From assembly GCF_018977255.1 (NCBI RefSeq), contig NW_024704743.1:100628001-100692000 (forward strand): a DNA stretch of 64,000 nt. Direction: 5' to 3'. This DNA comes from Callorhinchus milii. Taxonomy: Eukaryota. Below, piece after piece: positions 1 through 13,334 of the stretch (within the stretch, counting starts at the first letter, position 1; every line of letters begins with the position of its first letter). The notes below the pieces were generated by a model that worked only from the letters and a program-made list of their open reading frames with translations, made no database searches and was not told the DNA's origin. Position numbers and translations under genes: made by a program.

Positions 1-17
1 AACATTGTAATAGTGGC

Positions 18-246
18 CCAACAACAACAACAACAAGATTCCATTTATAAAGCGCCTTTCACGTCAGGAGGACGTCCCAAGGCACTGCACAGTTGGGTCA
101 TGACCCGAGCAGGGGGGAAATGGTCAGGGTGAGGGAAGGGAGGGAGCAAGGAGGGGGGAAATGGTCAGGGTGAGGGGAGGGAAGGGAGGGAGCGAGGAGG
201 GGGAAGAGAGTCGAGAGGGGAGCTGAAGGCACGGTCAAAGAGAAAG
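18..246 (-). mobile_element. L2-clade LINE 3' end, young subfamily, 5'-truncated
   Basis: (CAA)n tail on + strand followed by CGCCTTTCACGTCAGGAGGACGTCCCAAGG; near-identical to the copy at 8204-8703. Confidence 0.85.
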
Positions 247-1361
247 GCCCAAAGTCCTTACCAGGGCAGTTGAGCTGATATCTGGCAATATCCAACCGGC
301 TGCTCTGCTAATCATAGCATTTCAGGCTTTACCAACTTAACCTGTTATTTCAGTGCCAGCATTCCATGCATTCCATGGAAGGATTGAGGATTGCAATGCC
401 CAACCCAAGGTCCGTACAAGGAGTTTTGGACCCAACCATTTTCACAAAGCCGTGGGACAGGGGACACCGGGGAGGTATTCACGCACTGACAGTCATCAAC
501 TCGGACATTACTGGGAGCATAAATGAATGTGATTATCACCAGTGATGATTACTTTGTTCCCCCCTCTAAGTTATGAAAACCTCGGTCAATATACTCCATA
601 GAAAGGATGTTGTGCAGGAGGCTTTTTTTGCCACTTCCTGGCACGGGCCTTTTTCATTTGCAGTTTTCCTCTTCAACGCTATTATCAACCTCTTTGCCAC
701 AGATCATGGCTACTCCCATAATACTCTTCAATCTTTGCTGTGAATTAATAAAAAGCTACGTGCAAAAAAAATCAGTGTTGCTGCAGAGGGGCCTTTGCCG
801 AGTTGTGTTTCATAACAGGTTCTTCCTGGTCATTACAGGAATGGCCTGAACACCGTGTGCTGAAGCTATCTTCAGCTGGCAAGTGTTACAGGCACTACAG
901 ACAATTTTGTAGCAGTAGCATTCTGTACTTTCATAAGAGCCCCATGCTTCATTTTCAGTTCTACAAACTTCTAAATTAACGATGGCAAAGAGAAATCGTT
1001 GGTTATGAACATCCAGCAAGACAGAAATTAGATACTTCACTCCTAGAAGTAACAAAACAATTTGGCCAACAATCCAGTCAGTTAAAATTGGCCATTCACT
1101 TCAAGGTCTGAGATTTTCATATCTTAAGATGGGGAGAACAAAGGAATCCATGATAGGACAGCTTCTGTTTGTTTATTTGGTTGGATTGTGCTCATGAAAA
1201 TAGGATTGATATGCCAAATGTTCTTCCTCATTCCATGATTTTTGTGTTTATTCTGTCTTTCACTCTCATATGTTTTCAGATATGGCACAATATTTAGATA
1301 AGCCAGGTTTTTATTTAATTGAAAATAGTCTCTAAAGGCTAATGGTTTGGCAAGTCACGTA

Positions 1362-2592
1362 CAACACCACCACCACCAATAACATAATTACATTTGATAG
1401 CGCCTTTCACGTCAGGAGGACATCCCAAGGGCCTGGGGGTAAGGATTGGGGAGGGTGGAGGGCAGGGGAGGTAAGCAGCGTGATCAAAAGCACGGTCGAA
1501 GAGGAGGGTTTTGAGATGGGTCTTGAAGGAGGCAAGGAAGGGGTTGAGGTGGAGGGACTGCGGGATAGAGTTCCAGAGGGTACTGGCAGAGTGGCAGACA
1601 GCTTGCCTGCCAATGGTGGGACAGGCGAGACGGGGGATGTGAAGCAGACCAGAGCCCGCTGAGCGGATAGCGCGGGCAGGATGGTAGGGGGTTAGGAGGT
1701 CACAGAGGTAGGGGAAAGCAAGGCCATGGATGGCTTTGAAGGTGAGGACCAGAATCTTGAATTGTATGCTCTGTGTGATGGGAAGCCATTGGAGTCGGGT
1801 GAGGATGGGGGTGATAGGGTCGAGGAGCCTGTGCAGGATAGGACACGGGCTGCAGAGTTCAGGATGATCTGCAGCCTGTGGAGGGAGGAGTTGGCGTGGC
1901 CAACGAGTAATGAGTTTGCATAGTCAAGTGTGTTATGAATGCGTGTATGAGGGATTCGACGGCCTGCGGTGTGAGACAGTGGCGGAGCCGGGGTGATGTT
2001 CCAGAGGTGGGGGAAAGCACAGTGGGTCATGGCACAGAGGTGAGGTAGAAAAGATAGTTGAGGGTCAAAAAAGACCCCAAGGTTCCGGACTAGTTTAGCA
2101 AGGTGGAGTGTGCAACCATGGATGATGATGCTATCAGTGCCTGAGGTGTGAAGGCGCTGACAAGAGCCAATCAGGAGAGCCTCGGGCTTGTTCATGTTCA
2201 ACTGAAGAAAGTTAGCCCTCATCCAGGACTTGATGTCTGACAGACATTCTGTCAGCACAGCAACGGTCCTGGAGTCAAGGGTGGAGGCAGAGAGATAGAG
2301 TTGGGTGACACCCACATAGATGTGGAAGTTGACCCCATGTCTGCGGATGATGTCACCAAGACGGAGCATATAGATGTTGAAGAGGAGGGGAACAAGGACA
2401 GGACCCTGAGGAACGCCACAAGAGATGGTGCGGGGGCTAGAGGAGAAACCGTTTGTGGAGAGGAGGTGGAGGTGGTGTGAGAGGTATGATCTAAACTAGT
2501 CAAGGACAGAACCGTGAAGGTTGAGGTGAGACGCGAGGTAGTGGATGAGGGTAGAGTGGTCAATGGTGTTGAAGGCAGCAAAGAGGTCAACA
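1362..2592 (-). mobile_element. L2 LINE fragment (RT C-terminal part + 3' UTR), decayed
   Basis: ORF 1692-2369 reads LGDIIRRHGVNFHIYVGVTQLY...CLSDIKSWMRANFLQLN...LDYANSLL (YADD mutated); L2 tail at ~1400. Confidence 0.9.
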
Positions 2593-2594
2593 AT

Positions 2595-2756
2595 TCCCCA
2601 AATAAAATTGGTCATTCACCTCATGGCCATTGCTGAGTGCAAATTGGCTGCTGCTTTCACTTACAGAAGTCATTCCACTTTACAGTATTTCATATGAAGT
2701 GTTTGAGACGTCCTCCTGACAGGAAGGGACTATATCAAAGGTAACGATTATTATTT
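2595..2756 (+). mobile_element. Deu-type (SacSINE1-like) SINE 3' part
   Basis: TTGGTCATTCAC...AAATTGGCTGCTG...TTTGAGACGTCCTCCTGAC...GATTATTATT. Confidence 0.7.
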
Positions 2757-2989
2757 AACAATGAAGGTTCTTTTGAGGCTTAGACTGTCTGATTGGTACA
2801 ATTATCCAGGGGGAGTGTGAATTTGGCCCCTCTTGGGCAGATCAACCTTGAATAACAAATGTGGAACAAAATAAGTTAGAACCCCCTTATGGGCTAAAAT
2901 CTACGATTATATCATCTCACCTCAATTAATTATCAAAGATGGTGGCAATCCGGATCTGAAAGTAATATATAATTTCTTGGGAGCAGATC

Positions 2990-3007
2990 GCTACCACCTA
3001 GTGGCCA
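2990..3007 (-). promoter_or_regulatory. Candidate CTCF binding site
   Basis: Minus strand TGGCCACTAGGTGGTAGC, a close match to the CTCF core consensus; lies outside recognisable repeats. Confidence 0.5.
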
Positions 3008-3849
3008 TTTACATCGGTGTAAAGAGACACAAGTAATCTATTAAAAACATTGCATTGTTTACCCCTATAATTCTATTAACGTAATTAACTTTCATTTTGA
3101 ATTAAGTTGAATGGTGCCCAAAATTCCTGTAAACTGCATCTCGACTGTTAATTAAGATGTGTCACACAATTCATGGGCACATAAAATAAATAGGATTCAT
3201 ATACCCAGCACATCCAAAATTCTGAAGCCTTTTTAATGTGTTACACAAGAAAGATAACTCTGTAAAAATGCTAATTGGACCATATTAAGTGCTTGGCATG
3301 CAGCTCACCGTAAGCTTACTCATTCAATCCAATACTTTAGAGGATGGTTAAAGCTCAGGTTAATTTACATTTTGGTCCCATAAACATAGGCAGAAGATCA
3401 TTTACAAGTGCCCGACATGTCGGTTTGGAAAACAGTTATAGTTCTGATCATTTAACGAAATGTAATTATGTTAACGTCATGCCTATAAATGTATATGTCT
3501 TCTCATTTAAAATACTGTCAAACTGAACATGTGTTAAATCTCATTTCATGATAGATCTCCTAACCACTAAGCCATTACATCTGATATAGTTGTGAGAGGT
3601 TGAGGTAAGGTTGATTTCCCTGTTCAAGTCAACATCTGCTGGCTGAAGAAGTGGCCCATTTCTACTCCGAAAATGAAATGCAGATTATATAATAGATTTA
3701 AATGTTTAATGTCCTATTAGGGCAAATATGTAAGTAAAGGGCATCATCTTTATTTCAGGACTTTCCTTCGAATCCTTGGGTAGAATTGTTCAATGTTTAA
3801 TTAATTATTGCTTAAACCACCATACAAGTCATCAAATTTCCCCAGATGC

Positions 3850-4350
3850 CATATGCAGGCTGTATAGTGGTCAGACCATACCCAGAGTACTGCATACTGT
3901 TCTGGTCACTGTGACATAAGAGGCAGTGCAGAAGAGAGCGACGAGGATGATCCCCAGTGATAGAGAAATGAGCTATCAGCAATAATTAGACAGCTAGAGC
4001 TCTTCAGTGTTGAGAGAATGTGACTCAAGGGGGACCTCGGAGAGGTATATAAAGATTTTAAATGGGATTGAAAAAGTAAACACAGAATAATACCAAGACA
4101 GTAGAACACATGTTTAGAGTTGTAATGGGCAATTTTAGGACAGATACTAGGAAGCGTTTCTTTACTCAAAGGGTAATTAATGACTGGAACAGGTGGCCAA
4201 GAAGGGTAGTTGATACCAGGAAACTCAACTAATTTAAAAAGCAGCGTGAAGCTGTGATGGGAGGGTGATATAGTGAGTATTCTAGAATAATGAGATTTAA
4301 TGGGTCAAAGAGTCTGCTTCATCCAAACTAAATTTACGATCTTGTGATTT
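3850..4350 (+). mobile_element. CR1-clade LINE 3' fragment, old
   Basis: GTCAGACCATACCCAGAGTACTGCATACTGTTCTGGTC (VRPHLEYCVQFWS-like), TTCTTTACTCAAAGGGTAATTAATGACTGGAAC (FFTQRVINxWN-like), tail ATCTTGTGATTTTGTAA. Confidence 0.7.
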
Positions 4351-5317
4351 TGTAAGATAGTAAGCAAACACAGCCTTTTGTTCATAAATTAGGGGCCTGA
4401 AGTCTGCTCATATCTGTGTGCTGCAGCCATTCACAAATATAGAGCTAAACCGTACAGTTGAAGTGCTCTTCACCTGAATATTGAACTTACACAAGATCAT
4501 CAATTTGTCTAGGTGCCTGCTCTGATTGCCTCGAGATCCTATCGAATGCTACATAAGGTGGACGTGTGAAGTGAAAAAATGACACTATGAAAATTCATGG
4601 AGGTGGTGCCCAAGTTACAAAATGAAGTGGAGAAGATCTCTAATCATCTAAATGAAGATTTAATGAATACCTGTCCATCAATCAATGCCAACCATGGAAG
4701 TTTATGTTTCACTAAAACCTAACCTGTCACAAGAAAGCATTGCTTGGTTGCAAGAGGCCGCAAGAATGAAGTGACTAACCCTACCTTGCAGAGTAATGCA
4801 ATAATTGAGATTACCTTGGTCTACAACTACAAGTTGAAATTGGATGTCAAAGTCTCAAACCTCATTTTGTCAAGATGTGGAGATACTGGCATCAAAATGG
4901 ATTTAAACACTGCCTTTTGTCCAACTGGATTAGTACAAGGTGGAATTCGGGGAGTGTTTGGAAAATATCCCATGAAGTTTCTATAAAATAATACCAGCGT
5001 GAATTGAAGAATGCATTTTTTGACTGATTTTATCTTAAGTTGCTAAGACATAAGGCACTGCACAATGTATCAAAACAAGTATTACATTGGATACATTTCT
5101 AATACTTTCATGTGGAATCTTATATTTTGCCAGAGTTAATCTTTTAGTATTCATCTTTTTTTATTCAATTTATCAAACCTGGTTCAGATAATAATGTGCC
5201 ACTCATACAATATGCTATTCAAATCCCATTTGATATATGGGCACATTCATTCACCAGAATTCATTCCTTATAATGCCTTGAGCTACGTACAGCTCAATAT
5301 ATTTCTTGCAGAAACTT

Positions 5318-5381
5318 GGAGTCCTGTACCTCAGTGGTTAGTGCACTTGCCTCGCAAGCAAGAGACCTGGGTTCAATTCCC
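5318..5381 (+). mobile_element. Isolated tRNA-derived head of the young SINE
   Basis: GGAGTCCTGTACCTCAGTGGTTAG...GGGTTCAATTCCC (A and B boxes); matches the heads at 12406 and 16312. Confidence 0.7.
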
Positions 5382-5829
5382 AAACAAACATTGTAAAGAA
5401 ACAAGAGATAACATGTTGTGGGTTACATGCTGACCTATGGTTGATGAGGCACTTTTCATATCTAGACAGCAATAAGTTAAGTTTAGGTATAATTAAAGGC
5501 CTTTCTCTTTGACCTCTTTCCCCACCCCCCCCACCACCACCACAAACACTCATGCTCCCTCCCCTCAGGTTCCTACTCTGTCTTTGTGCAGCATTTTGAT
5601 ACATTCTCCCTATGTGAAAGGTGTTGTATAAGTGTAAATTTTTATGGTTGTTGTTTGTAGTCAGCACTGGTCACCAGGTGTACCCCACTTTGTGTCAGTG
5701 CTCAACCGGGGAGTGTTCTAACAAGGTTGCTTTGTACTAAATGTAAAATTGTTGTTATTAGTAAAAAAAAACTCAACGTAGGCAGTTGAAAGGAAGGAAT
5801 TAAATGAGTGTGGAGGCATTGCTAAGGAA

Positions 5830-6650
5830 CAGGAAAGGTTGTAAAACATTAGTGGGAGTATTTTATAGTTTATAGACCGTCTAACTGTGATGAGTCTTTG
5901 AGGAATGTATATACATGCAGATCAGGGTAGCAGTAATAAAACATGATTAAAATAACAACTGGCCATATAGATTGGTAGAGGAATAACAGCACACATAGGA
6001 AAGGAAATAAAATTCTTGAATATATTCAGGATAGTTTTCTAAAGCAGCAGGTCCTAAAACCAATGATGAAACAGGCAATACTTGTTTTAATAATGAGTAA
6101 CGAAGCAGAAATAATTAGCAATTTAAAGGCAAAGGAGCAACATGAGAATAGTGACGGCAATCTCACTGAGTTGAACACCAGAGGAAGAAAGAAGAGTCAC
6201 AAATCAAGCTTTAGGACTTAAATAAGGCCAATTTGAAAGAAGGAGGAAAGAATCAATACTTCTGAGCAGATGGAAATATTGGTTCATAAACAATGACAAT
6301 GGAATTTATTCAGAGAGGTTTATCGACATAATAACTGTATGAGTGGAACTAGAGCAGATTCACTCCAATTTAGAAAAGTGTGGGTTAACACACTTTGGAA
6401 ATAAAAACAACAGATGTGACAAGATTACAAACATGAGGCGAGGCAGATGAACAAAGGGATTTGAAAGTCCACATTCTTAAGATGTTGAAAACTAATTCGC
6501 AGGTGTAGAAAGCAATCAAAAGGATGACAGGATTCTGGGATTTATCACTAATAGGTCTAGAATATAAAAGCAAGGAATTTCTTTATACTTACACAGAGCA
6601 GTGCTGATTAGGTATAATTTTAAATAGTTGGGTAAAGTTTGGGGCATCAA
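5830..6650 (+). mobile_element. CR1 LINE ORF2 remnants (endonuclease and RT pieces), very decayed
   Basis: TTTATAGACCGTC (YRPP-like), FLEYIQDSFLKQ..KP...ILVLIMSNE-like segment, GGTCTAGAATATAAAAGCAAGGAA (GLEYKSKE). Confidence 0.6.
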
Positions 6651-7679
6651 TTAACATAAATAACATGTTACAAAACAGCAAATTTTGTTACAATTCTTAA
6701 CTGAGGATCTCAGCCACTTTAGTGCAACCATTTCCACTTTATCCCCCCGCCATCTTTTGATATTCCTTCTTTCAATTCTGTTCAAACCTCTTCCCCCACC
6801 TCTGCCCCCACCCAACACGTAGCTCCTAATTTCAAACTCTATTTTAATGTCATTTCAACAACATCAACAACACTGGTTACTTAAGATTTGCCCCCACTGA
6901 GGGTTAGATTTGGAAGGGGAACGTTTGCAACAGTAGACATCACATGACACTGATAAATTGGTAATGAATTTCATCTCTCTTTTTTTCCCTCACAGAATTT
7001 CCAACCAATCTATTCTATTTATCCTTTCTTTCTCATGACTTTAGTGTCTCTGGGAGTGATACCCTCTGTTATCTCCCTGGAGGTGCTAAAGAAAAGGTGA
7101 CCGGTGCAAAATAAATCCTGTGTTACCTCACCCCAAAAGTGGCCATCTCTCAGGTTTAAAACTAGACAATGAGTGTCGTTGGCAGTGTGACTATCGAGGC
7201 ATCAGGTTCTAAGTAACCCCAATGTCTCCAATAGAGCATTTGCTGAACTCAGCCCTCTCCTTCATCCTACAATATGATTTCCAACAAATTATTACTGTGG
7301 CTCCTTTTTGACAGTGTTGAAAATGCAGCGTTAATTGCTTTAGCGTGAGACTGTTCCACAGAATCACTGCACCGTGAGAGAAAAATATGCTTCCAATCTC
7401 TCATCTTGCTTTGAGGCTTGTTATTTTAAGCCATGACCTTTTCTTTTGCATTCACGATCTATGTCAAATAGCTTGTCTATATCATCTATGCTTCTGAACA
7501 TTTTGAAGACCTGGATCATGATCACACAAGAAGTCTTTACAAGAATTCTTAATATCAAACATGACAGTATTGAATTTATGGAAAAGCATAAAGGTGCATT
7601 GCACAAAATGCAATTATTAGAAGCTGAGTGTTACATACGAAACTGGAATTATTCAAAAATAACTTGATACTGCAATGCA

Positions 7680-8200
7680 AAGACAGAACAGTTGAACTAC
7701 TGAGATGGGACCAAGATACCTCAAAGTGTTTCACACAGCTGACGGAGCCGGAGATCAGGGGGAAACTGGGAGATAAGGTGGCCAAAAGCACAGGCCAAGA
7801 TAGGTCTTAATGTTAATTTTGAAGGCAAGGAGGGAGAGAAGGATAGATTGGATGGTCTCTGGGTTGGGTTCCAGAGAGCAGGAAGTAGAATGGCTGAAAG
7901 CTTCCTCTTGATAGTGGGGAGGAGCAGACGGGAGATGTGAAGCACCTGAATGTTTCTGGGAGAGGAAGAAGCCTGGAGGGGATTGCAGGAGGTCACAGAG
8001 GTCATGGAGGGATTTGAAAGTGAGGATGAAGATCTTGAATTTGATCTGCTGGGATTGGGGAGCCGGTGGAGCTGAGCGAGAATAGTGGTGATGGGCTCAC
8101 AGAGCCTGATGTGGGAGAGTTCGCAATGATGTTTAATGATGCTGCAGAGTTCTGAATGATGTGTAGCCTGTGAAGGAAGTAGGGAGTCAGCTAGCAGAGT
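7680..8200 (-). mobile_element. Older L2 LINE 3' fragment
   Basis: ORF 7721-8233 contains LSHIRLCEPITTILAQLHRLP, matching the L2 C-terminal HITP.L..LHWLP motif. Confidence 0.7.
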
Positions 8201-8203
8201 CTT

Positions 8204-8703
8204 ACAACAACAACAACAACAACAAGATTCCATTTATAGAGCGCCTTTCACGTCAGGAGGACGTCCCAAGGCGCTGCACAGTTGGGTCATGACCCGAGCA
8301 GGGGGGAAATGGTCAGGGTGGGGGAGGGAAGGGAGGGAGAGAGGAGGGGGGAAATGGTCAGGGTGAGGGGAGGGAAGGGAGGGAGCGAGGAGGAGGAAGA
8401 GAGTCGAGAGGGGAGCTGAAGGCTCGGTCAAAGAGAAAGGTTTTGAGACCGGCCTTGAAGGAGGAAAGGGAGGAAGCAAGGCGAAGGCACTGGGGGATGG
8501 AGTTCCAGAGCCTAGGGGCTGAGAGGCTGAAGGCCCGGCCACCGATGGTAGGGCGGTTGGGGCGGGGGATGTGGAGCAGACCGGAGCCAGAGGAACAGAG
8601 GGTACGGGCAGGTAGGTAGGGGGATAGTAGGTCAGAGAGGTAGGAGGGAGCAAGGCCGTGAATGGCCTTGTAGGTGAGGATGAGGATCTTGAAATCAAGC
8701 CTC
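8204..8703 (-). mobile_element. L2 LINE 3' end, young, with intact C-terminal frame
   Basis: ORF 8358-8705 RLDFKILILTYKAIHGLAPSYLSDLL...GGRAFSLSAPRLWNSIP...FKAGLKTFLF; (CAA)n tail. Confidence 0.92.
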
Positions 8704-9974
8704 ATTGTCAGTCTCTACATTCAGTGCAGTCACATCACCCAAAAACCCATATGTCTCAGTGTTTTACAGAAACATACTTTGTTCCTGTCCTAATAGATCA
8801 TTGTTAAAACCTTGCAGTTACCTTTTCTGTGTAATTGTTAAATAAGCTAACAATAGGATAATTCCAAATAAGCAGAACAGATTTTAATTATTGCATCAGG
8901 TGTCTTCAAATTTTTTCACACTTCATCCTGCTACCAGTTGCTTTATAAATATGGACAGTTTGGAAAAGTCACCAGGGAACAAAAGTACTATTCTCTTGTT
9001 GCAAACACGTGGCTGCTGACTGTATCAAAAAGATCATAGCTGACTCCATTGAACTGATTAAACAACATTTCAGCAGAACAATGCGCCACATGGCTACAGT
9101 AACTCAATAGCATTTTGCTACATTATTCCCGCATGACTGAGAATAATAGCATCCAATTCCCTCTCGTAACCTTGGCTGTAAGTCGACATGAAGCGATTTC
9201 CATTCTGTGAGTTAAACTTGTTAGCAGCAGCAGTGTTATCCGTGCGCTATTCCTGGGTGTAAAACTAACTGAGGCTTTTTCCATTCCCTCAAGGATGTGC
9301 TGGAGATAATGACATGTGGAGGATTGGATTGCACTGCACGTTTCATCACTGACCCTTTCACTGCTGGGAAATGACACTCATTCTCAACAAAAGGCATTGT
9401 GGCCTCTCTTCTTCCCTCTGTAACTCATGATAGAAGTCCTACTGTAGTGAAGTCGGTTTCAGCAACTTTCCAGTGAACAGAAGTCCATAATACACCTGTG
9501 AGACTAATTGGAACTAATTTAGCAATCTTTGTCAGAGAGCCAATGGAGGCTGAGATTGTAGCAATATCACAGTGCTGTAGTTGTACATGCAATGTTAATC
9601 TGAGACCAGTTCGGTAATATGTCTCAATTGCAGATCAGGAAGAGCACTGAATTTCACTTGGCTTATGTGCTTCATGCTGTCAAATGATGGTAAGAGGAAG
9701 CATTTTTCATTTTTAATAATTTCTCGATGCTATTATTCTTCATGCATCATAATTTAAATTCAAACAGGCGTTACATGTGCCCTATAATTTATACCTAAAA
9801 TTCTGTGTAAAGTTAGCCTTTTAAAGACCATTCGAGGTGAATTGCTATTTTTCTTTTGTAACCTGGCACTTCAATTTAATATCCTCAGGGGAGTAAGTAG
9901 GGTCTACTCTGAAGCAGAGCTGGCTCCAAGGTGACATGCTTTGCAATGGAATGTGAGAATGGAAATGGAAATCC

Positions 9975-10240
9975 TGGTAGGCTGGTTTCTGAGCCAGTGG
10001 ATCCACACCGATCACTGGGGACAGGGATTCTTCCCATTCAGTTCTTGTTAATCCTGAAAGTCAAAGCAGAATACAGGATGCGTCCCTCCAGGGAGAGAGT
10101 GCGCATCCCTTTCCAACAAACTATCTCTGGAATTTCCATTTGTTGGTGGGATACATGGAATCCTCGGTTTGGTTTGGATACTCTTAAAGCCTGGTGATGG
10201 GTTTCCACATGTGTCAGACCACCAGCTATCGAAAAAATGG
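9975..10240 (+). repeat. Unnamed ancient interspersed repeat, copy A (internally deleted)
   Basis: Shares TCACTGGGGACAGGGATTCTTCCCA, GTCCCTCCAGGGAGAG and GGATACTCTTAA blocks with copies at 23385, 31435 and 48872. Confidence 0.7.
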
Positions 10241-10304
10241 CATTCAGTTAATTATTCCTGGACTTACCCACTCCTGGCTGTTCAATGACATGGTGCTAAT
10301 AATA

Positions 10305-10968
10305 ATGATAATAATAAATTAATAATAATCCTTGCATTTGATATAATACCTTTCATGTCAGGAAAACTCTTCAAAACATTTCACAGGATTTATTGTAAAG
10401 TGCAGAAACTGCGTATTTTGGAGGTAAACATATTTTGTATTTTGTAATGGGAATCCCCAACAAAAAACTCTGGGCTCAAAATTCCACCTGATCTTAGCCT
10501 GTTAAAACCATTTTGTTTTAAAAATTAAGAATCGTGGAAAATTCTAAAAACAAGTTTCAATTTGGAAGTCGAATTTCTGCACTATTTCCAAATTGAGACT
10601 GAATAGAATTTTTTTTCCACAATTCTGTGCTACCTTAAATGTTAAGACGAAATAGTCTTACAGGCTAAGATGAGATGAAATATCAGTCACATGAATCTGT
10701 CACACTGATTTGTAGTGACTGTGAATTTTCTAGGCAATCACAGCAGCCAATTTGCCTACAGAAACAGTCATGAAGTGAATGATCAATTTATCTGGAGGAT
10801 TGGTAACATCTTATCTAAAAAAATGACACTTCCAACAAAGCACCATTCCCCCAGCACTGGACTGGGGTGTCAGCATGGATTATGAGCTGAAAGTTCTGAC
10901 GTGGGGCTTGAACCCAAAATCTTCTGACTCAGAGGTAAGAGTGCTACCAACTGAATCAGGCTGACAAC
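10305..10968 (-). mobile_element. Deu-type SINE interrupted by a hairpin element
   Basis: Tail (AAT)n-CCTTGCATTTGATAT at ~10305; body resumes ~10720; head AGAGTGCTACCAACTGAATCAGGCTGACA at ~10965. Confidence 0.75.
10471..10691. mobile_element. Palindromic MITE-like element
   Basis: Imperfect ~220-bp inverted repeat: ATCTTAGCCTGT...CAATTTGGAA / TTCCAAATTG...ACAGGCTAAGAT; left end AAAATTCCACCTG. Confidence 0.7.
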
Positions 10969-11797
10969 TTCCTTTATCAGAAATAACAGCAAAATGCCAC
11001 AGACCTAAAGTAAGATGGATTTCTTTATTTTAAATTTGAGCAATCTATATTAAAAGTAAAGTGTAATGCAGAACAGCAAAAGGTACTGATCTGTTTTCTA
11101 CTATTTCATTGTTACAATTCATCTGTCTGACAACAAAGCTGCTTGCTTTTAATGAGATTCTCTTTCCAGTAGTTTTGTGCTGATCTGCAACATTCATTGA
11201 AAAGAACAACTGCCCTTCACTTGCCTTATCTTTAATCAATTCATTAGCAACAACGCTGAGAATTGGAACACTTTTTTTTTACTTTAATCAACCTGTGTTA
11301 GCACCGAGGACTTATTATGTACTTATGTCCTTATTTTCAGCCGACTTTTGAAGGCTGGGAGAGAGGTTGCAAGGCAAAGTGATTCAGATGCGAGTTCAAG
11401 AAAACAAGGATATGATTGCTGAAGGTTTGTGAACTGGCTGGACAATGAATGGTGTGGGAAGCAGATTGCAAAGGAGCTCAATTTACAGGCTACAGTGTAA
11501 TGGAGAAGATTTCTTAGGTAGCCAGTAGGACCTGATGAGATTGGGTAATGGACGTTGAAAAAAGCTTTTATTTTCTGATGTAAGATCTGAATGGTTAAGA
11601 GCCAGTGGCAGTATCTTTTCACAAGGCTGATAGCCTAGGACCATAGTTACATTTAAATGCTTCCAATGGCTTAACAGCAAAGCTCTCTTCCAATGAGGTT
11701 TTCCCAGCGGTGCCTTTGCAAATCTGTAGCTATTTCTATCTGGTTTGATGGTGTCTAGCGTTGTCCATCTTTAAGATCAAGTGAGACAAAATTAAAT

Positions 11798-12190
11798 AAC
11801 AACAAGATTACATTTGTATAGTGCCTTTCACATTGGAAGGAAGTCCCAAGGCGCTGGACAGAGTACAGCATTTCAGACCTGAGCTGGGGTCAGGGGTGGG
11901 GAAGGGGGGAGGGGAAAGGGGGGGTGGCCGGTGGCATGGTCGAAGAGGAGGGTCTTGAGGAGGGACTTGAAGGAGGCTAAGGAGGGGGCGAGGCAGAGTG
12001 ATTGGGGGATGGAATTCCAGAGGTTGGGGGCAGAGTGGCTGAAGGCCACTTGTGGCCCAATGGTGGGGCCGGTAGGTCGGGGGACGTGGAGCAGGCCAGA
12101 GCCAGCTTAGCGGAGAGAACGGGCGGGTTGGTAGGGTGGGGTGAGGCCATGGAGGGCTTTGTATGCGAGTACCAGGATCTTGAATTGGAA
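11798..12190 (-). mobile_element. L2 LINE 3' end
   Basis: AACAACAAGATTACATTTGTATAGTGCCTTTCACATTGGAAGG tail plus purine-rich L2 C-terminal region. Confidence 0.8.
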
Positions 12191-12405
12191 TAAACTGAGT
12201 CAGTGCATAAATGTTCTTCGTCTCCCTATTATTCTTTAGTTCATATGATTACATTTACTGTTTTATTTTCCTTTAACAAAGTTAATCCCACTTCTGCAGA
12301 TTTCTCCCCGTGTTTGTAGTCGCTTTCCTATAATAATAATAATAATAATCCTTGCCACAACGAACCTTATGCCTCAACTTTGAGGCATCTCAAAGTGTTT
12401 CACTT

Positions 12406-12771
12406 GTGGAGTCCTGTAGCCCAGTGGTTAGAGGACTCACCTCACAAGCGAGAGACCTGGGTTCAAATCCCAGCAGGACGAAATATTGGGCAAGTTTCCT
12501 TACTCCACATGCCTCTCTTTACCCAGAAGTAAGTGGGCATCTGGTTGTTAGTCGATAGGCAGATTGCTTTTCCGGGGATAATAATTCCTTAAAAAAAGAA
12601 TAAATTGGTCACTTCAATCCATGACTGTTTGAGGGACATTGCTGTGCGCAATTGGCTGCCGCGTTTCGCCCACAAATATACAGTCAATTCACTTTACAAT
12701 ATATTCTGTGAAGTGCTTTGAGATGTCTAGAAGGCGTGAAAAGCTCTATATCAAATGCAAGGATTATTATT
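12406..12771 (+). mobile_element. Young tRNA-Ala-derived SINE, long form
   Basis: Head GTGGAGTCCTGTAGC...GGTTCAAATCCC, ~60-bp extra middle segment, tail GTGAAAAGCTCTATATCAAATGCAAGGATTATT. Confidence 0.85.
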
Positions 12772-13039
12772 CTTAATATCAAGTAACCGATGAAAATAAT
12801 AATGAAAAAATCATGTTGAAGAAATTGAGATCTTTCTTAATATATTAAATGTATTTAATCTGTTAAGAAATATCACAATTTCTATTTGATTACTATGAAA
12901 TTGAGGGGTAAAATTCTACCTGGTCTAGACTTACTTATTAATATAGCATTTTATAGTGTAGAGAGTTTGGTCAATTCAGAATTACAGCCAAAATTATCCT
13001 GCCAGTTTTCTGTAAGCTCTTTTGAAATGAACTCACTTT

Positions 13040-13325
13040 AGAGTATATTTTGTGAAGCACTTTCAGACGTCTCAAAGACATATCAAATGCAAGCATTATT
13101 ATTATTATTATTATTGAATCTACTGTAAAGGGAATTGACTGTATATATTGTGGGTGAAATGCGGCAGCCAATTACACACAGCTGTGTTCCACAAACAGTC
13201 ATCGACTGAGTGATCAAATTATTATTATTATTATTTATTTAATTTTTGAAGGCATTATTATCCTCGGAAAAACGGTCTGCCAATTGACTAACAAACTGGT
13301 TCCTACTTATTGCTAGGTAAACAGT
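13040..13325. mobile_element. Young SINE pieces: + strand tail abutting a - strand body
   Basis: + tail TTTTGTGAAGCAC...(ATT)n, then minus-strand body CTGTAAAGGGAATTGACTG...CTAGGTAAACAG. Confidence 0.65.
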
Positions 13326-13334
13326 ACAATGCAA

